The notes under the pieces were generated by a model that did not search any database, had not been told where the DNA came from, and was given only the letters and a program-made list of their open reading frames with translations. Positions 45,032 to 53,596 of a stretch of DNA of 64,000 bases are shown here, one piece after another. Position 1 is the stretch's first letter. Every line of letters starts with the position of its first letter. The position numbers and the translations under genes are program-made. The stretch is taken from the NCBI RefSeq assembly GCF_050920415.1, contig NZ_CP169309.1, one strand, 5' to 3'. Source of the stretch: Escherichia coli (GTDB lineage: Bacteria > Pseudomonadota > Gammaproteobacteria > Enterobacterales > Enterobacteriaceae).

Positions 45032-46233
45032 TACATTGCCTGGAACAGCGCGTCATCGAGCTGCGTGCTGGTGGCGATAACTTTGGTGTTGGCCTGATAG
45101 TTACGCTGGGCGGTCATCAGGTTAACCAGTTCGCTGGTGATATCGACGTTAGAGCTCTCAAGCGCTCCCGACGTGAGCGTGCCGCAGGTGCCGGAGCCGG
45201 GAACACCAATCAGTGGCGTGCCGGATTCCCCGGTTTGTACCCACGCGGTGCCGCTTACGGCTTGTAGGCCATCATCGTTAGGGAACGTCGCCAGCACTAC
45301 CTGCCCCTGCAACATGCGCTCGCCGTTGCTGTAGGTGGCGTAAACTTTGCCGTCGTCATCGACCTGCACACCGTTCTGAGTGGCAGAGGCGTAGCCATCG
45401 GCGGCGTTGGTGGTAACCGAGAAGTCAGAGCCGTATTGCGTACAGGTGGAGTAATCGACGGTCAAATCGATGGGCGCGGCGGCGTCGGTCTGAAACTCAA
45501 TGGTCTGCGGGGTGGTGGGCGAAGTCAGTTTTCCGGTATTCGGGTCGAAGGTTAAGGTCGTCGCCGGAACACCGGTCTGCTGCTGACCGTCGAAGGTGTA
45601 CTGCACTTCCCAGGTGTTATCGCTGGTTTTGGTGAAGTACTGGCATACCGAGTGTTCGTTACCTAATGAGTCATACACCGTGGTGGTGTAACTGTCGGTG
45701 TACGAACTGCTGTTGGTCGGATCGAACGGCACGGTAGTGCGGTCGATAGCGTCGTCGCTGGCATCGAGGTTGGCGGTAAAGGTCAGGCTGCTGCTGGCCT
45801 GCGCCGGGATATTGCCGGTTTTGATCTGGATATCCGTCACCGTACCGGTTTGCAAAGTGCCGCTGTCATCGACCGGATAGCCCTGCAAATAAGCGCCCGA
45901 GGCGTTGACGATATAGCCGTCTTTGTCCGTTTCAAACGATCCGGCGCGGGTATAAGAGATGTTGCCCGCGCTGTCGCACATCACAAAAAAGCCGTCGTCG
46001 TTAATCGCCAGATCCAGCGCATTACCGGTGGAGACCAGCGAACCGCCGCGCGAAATACTTTGCGCGGTGCCCGCCACGCTGACGCCCATTGCCTGGCTTC
46101 CGGCATACATGGCTGAAAACTGGGTAGTCATCGACTTATACCCCACCGTTCCGGCGTTAGCGATGTTGTTACTGATCCCGTCCAGCTGTTCGTTAACGGC
46201 ATTCAGCCCCGTTGCGGCAATTTCATAACTCAT
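45031..46233 (-). CDS. lfgE: Hook protein FlgE-like
   Basis: 400 aa with FlgE-type termini. Confidence 0.9.
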   Translation of the reverse strand: MSYEIAATGLNAVNEQLDGISNNIANAGTVGYKSMTTQFSAMYAGSQAMGVSVAGTAQSISRGGSLVSTGNALDLAINDDGFFVMCDSAGNISYTRAGSFETDKDGYIVNASGAYLQGYPVDDSGTLQTGTVTDIQIKTGNIPAQASSSLTFTANLDASDDAIDRTTVPFDPTNSSSYTDSYTTTVYDSLGNEHSVCQYFTKTSDNTWEVQYTFDGQQQTGVPATTLTFDPNTGKLTSPTTPQTIEFQTDAAAPIDLTVDYSTCTQYGSDFSVTTNAADGYASATQNGVQVDDDGKVYATYSNGERMLQGQVVLATFPNDDGLQAVSGTAWVQTGESGTPLIGVPGSGTCGTLTSGALESSNVDITSELVNLMTAQRNYQANTKVIATSTQLDDALFQAM

Positions 46234-46256
46234 TGTTTCTTCCTGTTAATTGATTC

Positions 46257-46970
46257 TTACGCCACATCACTGTCGGCATCGGGTACGCCAAACTGGCTAA
46301 TCATGGTGAACGGCACTTCGCCCACACCTGCAACGTTGAGCACCGGAGAGCTGCCGTCGAGCGGGATACGTACATCCTCCACTTCGCCGGAGACTTCAAT
46401 CGGTACCTCTTCTTCCCCGGTGTTGGTCACCACCGAAACGTCGTAATCACCCGGCGGGATGCCGTAATCCGCCGGATTAATCGAGAAATCAACCTGGCCT
46501 GGTCCAACCGACGAACTCCCTTCCGGGATCAGCGAGACGGTGTAGTCATCGCCCGCGGCATCGGTAAAGTGGAGTTCGGCGGTGGTACAGGCGTCGTCCA
46601 GTGTGGCGCGACCGTTAATGGTCTGGTCACTCACCTGCAAGGCGGTGGTCTGCACCATAATGTCGTCGCCCACCAGGTTGCCGAGCGCCATCACCTGAAT
46701 GTTGCTCATCAGCACCGCGTTGGTATTGGCCTGCACGCTCATCTCTTCCATCATCGCCACCTGCGCCATCGACGAAAGCTGGTCGATATATTCGGTGGCA
46801 TCGGTCGGGTCGGTCGGGTCCTGGTTTTGGATCTCGGCGACAAACAGCGTCAGAAAGGTATCAACGGGCGAGCTATCGCTGCTGCTTGTCGTGTCGCTGG
46901 CCGCCACAGTGTTGCTTTCCGCCGTGGCGGTCGGCTGCGGTGATTGCGCATTCAGCGCCAGGGTATTCAT
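46257..46970 (-). CDS. lfgD: Hook capping protein FlgD-like
   Basis: 237 aa FlgD-like. Confidence 0.8.
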   Translation of the reverse strand: MNTLALNAQSPQPTATAESNTVAASDTTSSSDSSPVDTFLTLFVAEIQNQDPTDPTDATEYIDQLSSMAQVAMMEEMSVQANTNAVLMSNIQVMALGNLVGDDIMVQTTALQVSDQTINGRATLDDACTTAELHFTDAAGDDYTVSLIPEGSSSVGPGQVDFSINPADYGIPPGDYDVSVVTNTGEEEVPIEVSGEVEDVRIPLDGSSPVLNVAGVGEVPFTMISQFGVPDADSDVA

Positions 46971-47401
46971 CAGGCTTCTCCCAGTTTCAGCAGGCTTTGC
47001 TGCATACTTTTCACGTTGTTGAGCACATCGACGTTAGTTTCAAAATCGCGCGAAGCCGACATCATGTCCGCCATCTGTTCCACCACGTTGACATCGGGAT
47101 ACCAGACATCACCGTTGGCATCCGCCAGCGGCGAATGCGGTTCATAGCGTTTCACCGCCCCGCCGGTTTGCAGCACGTCCTGCACCTGCACGCTGGCACC
47201 GTCAATGGCATGGCGATGCGTTCCCGCCAGCAAGCTGTGGTGATAGACCGCCGCAAACACCGGGCTGCGCGCTTTATACGCCTGCGCCTCGCTGCCAGCG
47301 GGCGCATTGGCATTTGCCAGGTTACTGGCAACGGTATTCAGACGTAGCGTTTGCGCCGTCATCGCCGAGCCGGAAATCTGATAGATATCAGTAAATGACA
47401 T
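46970..47401 (-). CDS. lfgC: Rod protein FlgC-like
   Basis: 143 aa, FlgC N-terminus (..ISGSAMTAQ..RLN..ASNLANANAP..). Confidence 0.9.
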   Translation of the reverse strand: MSFTDIYQISGSAMTAQTLRLNTVASNLANANAPAGSEAQAYKARSPVFAAVYHHSLLAGTHRHAIDGASVQVQDVLQTGGAVKRYEPHSPLADANGDVWYPDVNVVEQMADMMSASRDFETNVDVLNNVKSMQQSLLKLGEA

Positions 47402-47403
47402 GC

Positions 47404-47739
47404 TTATTTCCCTTCAATGGCCTCTCTGATGCCGCTGATTTGCAGATTCAGAAAGGTCAGACTGCTTTGATAATCCATACTATTTTGTGAAAACCGCGCC
47501 TGTTCGCTGTTCAGTTCCACGGTGTTACCATCTTCCGATGGCTGCATCGGTACGCGATACTGGACATCCACCGCCGCGTTATTTGCCCGTTGCATCTCCC
47601 TGGCAAAATCAATATCTTTAGCCTTGAAATTTGGCGTATCGACATTCGCCAGATTCGCAGTCAGTAGCTCGGTCCTCTCAAGACGTAACTTCACTGCCTG
47701 CGGATGTACTCCCAATGCTTGTTGAAAACTGATCCCCAT
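47404..47739 (-). CDS. lfgB: Rod protein FlgB-like
   Basis: Start at internal ATG with GGAG RBS, aligning with canonical FlgB N-termini; the longer ORF-track start would sit on the promoter. Confidence 0.85.
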   Translation of the reverse strand: MGISFQQALGVHPQAVKLRLERTELLTANLANVDTPNFKAKDIDFAREMQRANNAAVDVQYRVPMQPSEDGNTVELNSEQARFSQNSMDYQSSLTFLNLQISGIREAIEGK

Positions 47740-47776
47740 TTCTTGCGCCACTCCCGCTTCAATCCGCATACGCTAA

Positions 47777-47792
47777 GCAATCGCTGTGCCAA
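47777..47792 (-). promoter_or_regulatory. Sigma-54 (RpoN) promoter of the lfgB-L operon
   Basis: Minus strand reads TTGGCACAGCGATTGCT (TGGCAC-N5-TTGC) about 40 nt upstream of the lfgB start. Confidence 0.6.
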
Positions 47793-47820
47793 TTTTTAAG
47801 TGACTGATGAGAAAGGGTTT

Positions 47821-48558
47821 ATGAGGTTTCAATTTTGCAGGCGGAAGTTGTATTTCCTCCTGGCGCTGGCCTTACCGGGCTACGCCGCCGTCCATCCCGT
47901 GCAACATAGCGCGCGGGAACAAATCAACGCCCAGGTGCTGAATGCCGCGAGCCAGCAGATTGAATCGCTGGCGCAACAGCGGCAGTGGCATGACTATCGC
48001 TACACCTTTAAGGTCTACATTCCCTCGCAGATTGCGACCGCCGCGCCCTGCGCTACGGCCCCCGGCGTCACGCTGACGTCGCCTGCGGAAATCGCTCTCA
48101 ACCGGATGAACTTCACCGTCAGTTGCCCGCAAAGCTGGCAGATGAACGTTGCGGTGCGCCCGGATGTTCTGGTGCCGGTGGTGATGGCGAAGTCACTGGT
48201 TGCCCGCGATACGCCGCTCACGGCAAATGATGTGGAGCTGAAGCCCTACAACGTCAGCGCCCAGCGGCGGGATGTGCTGATGGATCTCAATGAAGCGATT
48301 GGTTTAAGCAGCAAACATGCCCTGCAACCAGGCAGGCCGCTTACCAAAGAAGAACTGGTTTCGCCAGTGCTGATCGAGCGCGATCAGCCGGTGATGATTG
48401 TTTACCAGAGCGCGGGGATCACCGCCTCGATGCCCGGCGTGGCGCTGAAAAATGGTCGCAAAGGGGAAATGGTGAAAGTACGTAACGCCAGCAGCCAGCG
48501 GGTCATTAGCGCGATGGTGGCCGAAAGCGGCGTGGTGACAACGGTAAGCGCGGAGTAA
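47821..48558 (+). CDS. lfgA: P-ring assembly chaperone FlgA-like
   Basis: Signal peptide and SAF-type C-terminal domain; divergent from lfgB; start at second ATG. Confidence 0.75.
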   Translation: MRFQFCRRKLYFLLALALPGYAAVHPVQHSAREQINAQVLNAASQQIESLAQQRQWHDYRYTFKVYIPSQIATAAPCATAPGVTLTSPAEIALNRMNFTVSCPQSWQMNVAVRPDVLVPVVMAKSLVARDTPLTANDVELKPYNVSAQRRDVLMDLNEAIGLSSKHALQPGRPLTKEELVSPVLIERDQPVMIVYQSAGITASMPGVALKNGRKGEMVKVRNASSQRVISAMVAESGVVTTVSAE

Positions 48559-48746
48559 TTTGCTTCGATACCGCGTAGCATATGTATGACTATCTCCCAA
48601 TATTATGACTTTCTGACAAATTTCATCGTGTCTTTTGGATAATTATTGAGCACTCAATCACTACTGTTTAAATATCCAGATGGTAACTATTTCATCTGGG
48701 TCAAATGAGTGATACTGTATCACCAATAAGACCTATGGGGGATGCT

Positions 48747-50171
48747 ATGTCTGAATTTGAATTACTCGTGAAAGATCTTCTTTTAAAATCAGAAGAAGAC
48801 GAGAAAAAGCGACAAGAAAAAGATCGAGAATTAATTTCAAAGGTCCTTGAAATCTATGATCAAAAATATGTTGCAGAACTCTTACGAAAACTAGGAAAAA
48901 ATGAATGGAGCAGAGAAACACTTAACCGTTGGATAAATGGTAAGTGCAATCCTAAGCAATTAACTTCTGCGGAGGAAACTTTACTCCGCAAGATGCTTCC
49001 AGAACCTCCTGAACATCATCCTAACTACACATTTCGTTTTATTGATTTATTCGCAGGGATTGGTGGTATTCGTAAAGGTTTCGAAAACATTGGTGGACAG
49101 TGTGTTTTTACCAGCGAATGGAATAAAGAAGCGGTAAGAACCTACAAAGCTAATTGGTTTAATGATGAACTAAATCATAAATTTAATCTTGATATACGAG
49201 AAGTCACTTTAAGTGATAGAGATGATGTTTCCGAAGTAGAAGCCTATAATCATATAGACAAAAATATTCCAGATCATGATGTCCTTCTGGCCGGTTTTCC
49301 ATGTCAGCCCTTTAGTCTGGCTGGGGTAAGCAAGAAAAACTCTCTGGGGCGTGCACATGGTTTTGAATGTGAGGCACAAGGAACACTATTTTTTGATGTC
49401 GCTCGGATTATTAAATCAAAAAAACCAGCTATTTTTGTGCTTGAGAATGTGAAAAACCTTAAAAGTCATGATAAAGGTAAGACTTTTAAAGTCATCATGG
49501 AAACACTCGATGAATTAGGATATGAAGTCGCCGATGCTGGTGTTACTGGCTCAGATGATCCCAAAATTATAGATGGAAAACATTTTTTACCCCAACATCG
49601 TGAGCGTATAGTGTTGGTAGGATTTCGTAGAGATCTGAATATTCACAAGGATTTCACGTTACGAAACATTAACCGCTTTTACCCTCAAAACAGGCCAACA
49701 TTTGGTGAATTATTAGATCATGATGTTGACGATAAATATATTTTGACTCCAAGGTTATGGGAATATCTTTACAATTATGCAAAAAAACATGCAGCAAAAG
49801 GCAATGGGTTTGGTTTTGGTTTAGTGGATCCTAAAAATCCAGATAGTATCGCAAGGACTCTGTCTGCTCGTTATCATAAAGATGGCTCTGAAATATTGAT
49901 TGATCGTGGCTGGGATAAGGCTGTCGGTGAAATTGACTTTAGTAATCCAGCGAATCAAGAGCATCGTCCAAGAAGACTGACACCTCACGAATGTGCCAGG
50001 CTAATGGGTTTTGAAAAACCAGGGGGAAGACCTTTTAGAATACCTGTATCGGATACACAAGCCTATAGACAATTTGGGAACTCAGTTGTTGTTCCAGTAT
50101 TTGAAGCTGTAGCAAGATTACTAGAACCATATATACAAAAGGCAGTCAATATGCATATTATTAACGATTAA
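48747..50171 (+). CDS. DNA cytosine-5 methyltransferase, EcoRII/Dcm family (CCWGG specificity predicted)
   Basis: Motifs [30 protein letters not shown]; near-colinear with the M.EcoRII/Dcm sequence as I recall it; GGGGA RBS before the ATG; AT-rich relative to flanks. Confidence 0.9.
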   Translation: MSEFELLVKDLLLKSEEDEKKRQEKDRELISKVLEIYDQKYVAELLRKLGKNEWSRETLNRWINGKCNPKQLTSAEETLLRKMLPEPPEHHPNYTFRFIDLFAGIGGIRKGFENIGGQCVFTSEWNKEAVRTYKANWFNDELNHKFNLDIREVTLSDRDDVSEVEAYNHIDKNIPDHDVLLAGFPCQPFSLAGVSKKNSLGRAHGFECEAQGTLFFDVARIIKSKKPAIFVLENVKNLKSHDKGKTFKVIMETLDELGYEVADAGVTGSDDPKIIDGKHFLPQHRERIVLVGFRRDLNIHKDFTLRNINRFYPQNRPTFGELLDHDVDDKYILTPRLWEYLYNYAKKHAAKGNGFGFGLVDPKNPDSIARTLSARYHKDGSEILIDRGWDKAVGEIDFSNPANQEHRPRRLTPHECARLMGFEKPGGRPFRIPVSDTQAYRQFGNSVVVPVFEAVARLLEPYIQKAVNMHIIND

Positions 50172-50194
50172 TAATAATTAATTTTCACTATTGT

Positions 50195-50217
50195 GAGGCC
50201 TTTTTATTAAAGGCCTC
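50195..50217. terminator. Bidirectional hairpin terminator between the convergent M and R genes
   Basis: gaggccttt-ttatt-aaaggcctc flanked by A/T runs. Confidence 0.5.
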
Positions 50218-50257
50218 TAAATATATAATCATGAGTTTTTACAAGTATGTTTTTATA

Positions 50258-51463
50258 TTATACAAAATCTTCATAAAGCGTTATTAACTGTGTAATAAAA
50301 CCATCTAATGTTAATATTTCCTCCCTGATTTCCTCCGGGTATTTTTTATGAAGAGGGGAAGGTACAACCAAGGTGACACCTTCAGCTCTCATTTCGTTAA
50401 ATTGAGCAACAGAGACACCCTCTTGCAAGGTAAACAAATATATCTTGTTGATTTTATTTGCTTCATTAAGCGCCTGTCGCCACCGATCCTTACATGTTGT
50501 TTTTACAGCAAGCATACGGAGTTTTTCTCTTGGAAAGTGATCATCATGGTAAGCTGCCGCTGATGGGAAAAGAAAATCGGGTTTCTTTTTTCCTTCAGTA
50601 ATACATTGAGTAGCAAAATGATGCAGTCCATGCTCAATAAAAATTTGCTCAAGATGTAGCTCCAGTGATTTCCCGGCTCGAGATTTTCTTCTATTACTAA
50701 CAGAGTTAGCCATAGCTATAAAATCATCTACAGAACCAAATCCTTGACGGATGATGTCCAGTACGTGAATTTCTTCAACCATTAGAAAGAGATCATATTC
50801 AATACGGCGGCGTTCTAAAAGTTGGTCATCTGGACTGGTTACGCCTGTTGGGTAATAACCTGCCGCATATTGGATAATATCTAAGCCAGAAGGAAAACTA
50901 TGTTTCCAGCTTTCCGGAATAACATATTCCTTTTGAGAGATTTTTGGCCTTGATGCGAGTACACCAAGTATTTCACTGGCAGGCCCAAACATTAAAGTTC
51001 CTGGAATGATCTCCCCAACAGCTGATTCCAGTACATCCTCTTCTTCTGGGCTTACACAAACCCATACATCAACACTTTTGCTGTCTCTCCCAGGCTCATG
51101 TTCAAACGCAAGCACAGACAAAGCACCTGTATTTTCCGGATCTTGTAGGGGACTGCCAGCCCCCCACCGAGTGATACGTTTTTCATTTCTTGTTTGCCCG
51201 AAATACTTATTATTGTAGTAAATAGCGCGAACCTCACTGTCTACACATTCATGAGAGGAATAAGTTGCGCGCAATAAAACCGAAGGATTTTTTTCTGACG
51301 TATGATCTATAGATGGGAAAAGTTCACCGACGATACCGGAAGGGATATATACCCCCACTTGATGCCCTCCTGTTGCACCAGTGTCGTTTGCTGAAAGACG
51401 TTTGATATAGAGATAATTGTTACCACCGACCTTATCAAGCAGCCAATCTTGTAATCCTGACAT
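50258..51463 (-). CDS. Type IIE restriction endonuclease, EcoRII family
   Basis: 401 aa; long conserved blocks matching R.EcoRII as I recall it (YIKRLSANDTGATGGHQVG, RNEKRITRWG, SPLQDPENTGAL, SVSNRRKSRAGKSLELHLE, KPDFLFPS, LRMLAVKTTCKDRWRQ); convergent with the methyltransferase. Confidence 0.85.
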   Translation of the reverse strand: MSGLQDWLLDKVGGNNYLYIKRLSANDTGATGGHQVGVYIPSGIVGELFPSIDHTSEKNPSVLLRATYSSHECVDSEVRAIYYNNKYFGQTRNEKRITRWGAGSPLQDPENTGALSVLAFEHEPGRDSKSVDVWVCVSPEEEDVLESAVGEIIPGTLMFGPASEILGVLASRPKISQKEYVIPESWKHSFPSGLDIIQYAAGYYPTGVTSPDDQLLERRRIEYDLFLMVEEIHVLDIIRQGFGSVDDFIAMANSVSNRRKSRAGKSLELHLEQIFIEHGLHHFATQCITEGKKKPDFLFPSAAAYHDDHFPREKLRMLAVKTTCKDRWRQALNEANKINKIYLFTLQEGVSVAQFNEMRAEGVTLVVPSPLHKKYPEEIREEILTLDGFITQLITLYEDFV

Positions 51464-51633
51464 AAGACATCCTTATTTTTGCATAGTATCCGATTCAGAT
51501 TTTTCCACATATCCATCAGAACGACCAGAACCAACATATCTGAACAAAAAGTAAATATGCGATAACGATTAAAGTTTTGCCGCCTGTTAACCGCTTTACC
51601 GGAGTAACCACCCAATACCGAGACGAGGTTGCG

Positions 51634-51912
51634 ATGAAAATCACCCCGACGATGCCAGGCAATCGCCCGACAGCCACAACGGCAGGCTCCAGCCAGCCGC
51701 GTAAAAGTACGGCGACCACCACCACGACGCTGAGTGCCGACGACATTACCCAGGCGGGATTGCAGTCTGCCCAGCAAACGCTGAACGACCAGCAAGAGAG
51801 CGATATCGACAGCGATAAAGTGGCGCAAATGCAGGCGATGCTGGCGTCCGGCAGCCTGCAAGTGGACACCGAACAGTTAGCCAGCGACATGCTGAGTTTT
51901 TTCCAGAACTAA
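51634..51912 (+). CDS. lfgM: Anti-sigma-28 factor FlgM-like
   Basis: Start at internal ATG with GAGG RBS; about 92 aa, Thr/Ser-rich N-terminus, C-terminal sigma-binding-like helix. Confidence 0.7.
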   Translation: MKITPTMPGNRPTATTAGSSQPRKSTATTTTTLSADDITQAGLQSAQQTLNDQQESDIDSDKVAQMQAMLASGSLQVDTEQLASDMLSFFQN

Positions 51913-51924
51913 GAGGCCGATGAA

Positions 51925-52353
51925 GTGAGTATCCGGTTACAACAGGTGAAGGCGTTGTTGCAGGGCATTCGTGACGATGACGCGCTGTACGATTCCCTGC
52001 GCGAACTTCTCCAGCGTCAGCGGATCTGCATGATTCGCCGCGCCAGTGAAGAGTTGCTGGCGGTAAACGACGAGATAACGCAGCACTATGAGCAGTTGCA
52101 TGGACATAGCCATCAGCGCCATAGCCTGCTGAAAATGCTCGGTGTTAGCGTCAATCGTGACGGTCTGGCGCAGGTGTTTGCCTGGCTTCCGGCGGTACAA
52201 AAAGCGGCAGCACAACAGTTGTGGCAACGCCTGGAGCAAAAAACGGAACGCTGCAAAGCCTATAACGATAAAAACGGCGAGCTGTTGATTCGTCAGTATG
52301 AATTTATTCAGTCTTTTTTAGGCAGCGAAGCGGATTTTCTGTATCAGGAATAA
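51925..52353 (+). CDS. lfgN: Flagellar export chaperone FlgN-like
   Basis: GTG start 8 nt after AAGAGG; 142 aa helical; follows lfgM. Confidence 0.65.
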   Translation: MSIRLQQVKALLQGIRDDDALYDSLRELLQRQRICMIRRASEELLAVNDEITQHYEQLHGHSHQRHSLLKMLGVSVNRDGLAQVFAWLPAVQKAAAQQLWQRLEQKTERCKAYNDKNGELLIRQYEFIQSFLGSEADFLYQE

Positions 52354-52430
52354 CGCGAATACCTTCCCCATAGCGGAAACGGATTTTCCGCCTGATTTCC
52401 AATCCTTTGTTTTTGATTAAAAAAATTCCC

Positions 52431-52445
52431 GGCACGCTTATTGCA
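52431..52445 (+). promoter_or_regulatory. Sigma-54-type promoter upstream of the 309-aa hypothetical gene
   Basis: GGCACGCTTATTGCA (GG-N10-GC spacing, TTGCA -12 element) about 35 nt before the ATG at 52480. Confidence 0.45.
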
Positions 52446-52479
52446 CATCCTGCACAGCATTAAAGACTGGAAGCCACCT

Positions 52480-53409
52480 ATGAGTTTTATTGAATGTTAC
52501 GAACCGGAATATGCGCGCAATTTTATGGCGCAATATCCCGATTCGCCTTTATACGTCCGCAAGGTGTGGAAGAATGAGATTCGCCAGAGCCTGGCATTGA
52601 CCGATATTGCCAGTTGCAAAGCAGTGCTCAACAATGCCAGGGCCTTTGAATTACAGCTTACCTATCGCCCTGTGGAAGAAAATGCCGCAGCGCTATCTGC
52701 GCGCGATGCGATAGTAAACCAGATAATTTTGAGCACCCTCACGCTCCCGGATTTAACCCCAGAGCTTTCACTGTATGCCGTCGGGATTTTGCTCTCCCGC
52801 GCCAGTAAAATGCCGGGCAGAGACGGCGACACTCTCGCCCGGCTGACAGCACTGCCGCAGGCGCTGGCCGATCACGCACAAAAAGGCACGTTACAGGCAC
52901 AGTTCGCACAGCTACCGCCTGTGCCACAGCTGGCGCGCCAACTGGTGACGCTGCTCGGGAGTTTTGCGTTTGACTGGTCGATTCTGCCGAAAAGCCCGCG
53001 CAAAGCCTCACTGCCGTTGCAGGTTACCTTGCTGACGCTGCACGACGCCAACAGCGAAGCCCTGTTGCAGCAGCAGCTTCAGACACAGTGGCAAACTACC
53101 TGGCAACAGCATTTTGCCACCGCGCCGTGGATGATGCGTAACTGGCTAATTTACCGGGTTTATCACGATGTGATTGGCCAGGCAGACGGGGCGGATTATT
53201 TCCCGCTGGTGTGCGATTTTTACCTCATCCGCACGTTAATCAGTTTATGGACGCTGGATGATTCACCGCTGCGGCAGGAGGATATTTTCGCCCTCTTCGC
53301 GGTGTTTGAACGCTGGCGAACCAGTGAAAATGCCGTGCTGATTCGCCAGCAAATTCAGTCATTATGTGCCGCCGACCCGCTGCTTTCAGCGTTTTCGTTG
53401 CTGACGTGA
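52480..53409 (+). CDS. Hypothetical protein, no recognisable domain; apparent sigma-54 regulon member within Flag-2
   Basis: 309 aa from the first ATG downstream of the promoter; typical GC content; the ORF-track start at 52441 is a TTG inside the promoter. Confidence 0.6.
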   Translation: MSFIECYEPEYARNFMAQYPDSPLYVRKVWKNEIRQSLALTDIASCKAVLNNARAFELQLTYRPVEENAAALSARDAIVNQIILSTLTLPDLTPELSLYAVGILLSRASKMPGRDGDTLARLTALPQALADHAQKGTLQAQFAQLPPVPQLARQLVTLLGSFAFDWSILPKSPRKASLPLQVTLLTLHDANSEALLQQQLQTQWQTTWQQHFATAPWMMRNWLIYRVYHDVIGQADGADYFPLVCDFYLIRTLISLWTLDDSPLRQEDIFALFAVFERWRTSENAVLIRQQIQSLCAADPLLSAFSLLT

Positions 53410-53416
53410 GTCGCTC

Positions 53417-53553
53417 TGTGCGCGCTTTGCCCTCACCCCGGCCCTCTCCCACAGGGAGAGGGAGAAACCCTGCGCCCAATTCAGCACCGCGCTCGATCGG
53501 TCCCCTCGCCCCTTCGGGGAGAGGGTTAGGGTGAGGGACATCAGCGCGCGCAT
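53417..53553. repeat. MITE-like composite palindromic repeat, copy C (inverted relative to A and B)
   Basis: Reverse complement of the copy A/B core: ccctcaccccggccctctcccacagggagaggg ... ggggagagggttagggtgaggg with gcgcgc ends. Confidence 0.7.
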
Positions 53554-53596
53554 TCAGCACCTCCATCACATTCACCCACTAACTCACCCAAACACC

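Noticed and set aside
50172-50257. vsr (very-short-patch repair endonuclease) gene accompanying the cytosine methyltransferase
   Set aside because: The methyltransferase is followed directly by a hairpin terminator and the convergent endonuclease gene; no overlapping or downstream vsr-like frame exists.
52441-52479. ORF-track start (TTG) of the hypothetical gene at 52441
   Set aside because: Overlaps the sigma-54 promoter -12 element; the first ATG at 52480 was used instead.
53531-53596. ORF-track start of the glycosyltransferase at 53531
   Set aside because: These first 22 codons lie inside MITE-like repeat copy C; the start was moved to the ATG at 53597, just upstream of the conserved GT2 N-terminal motif.
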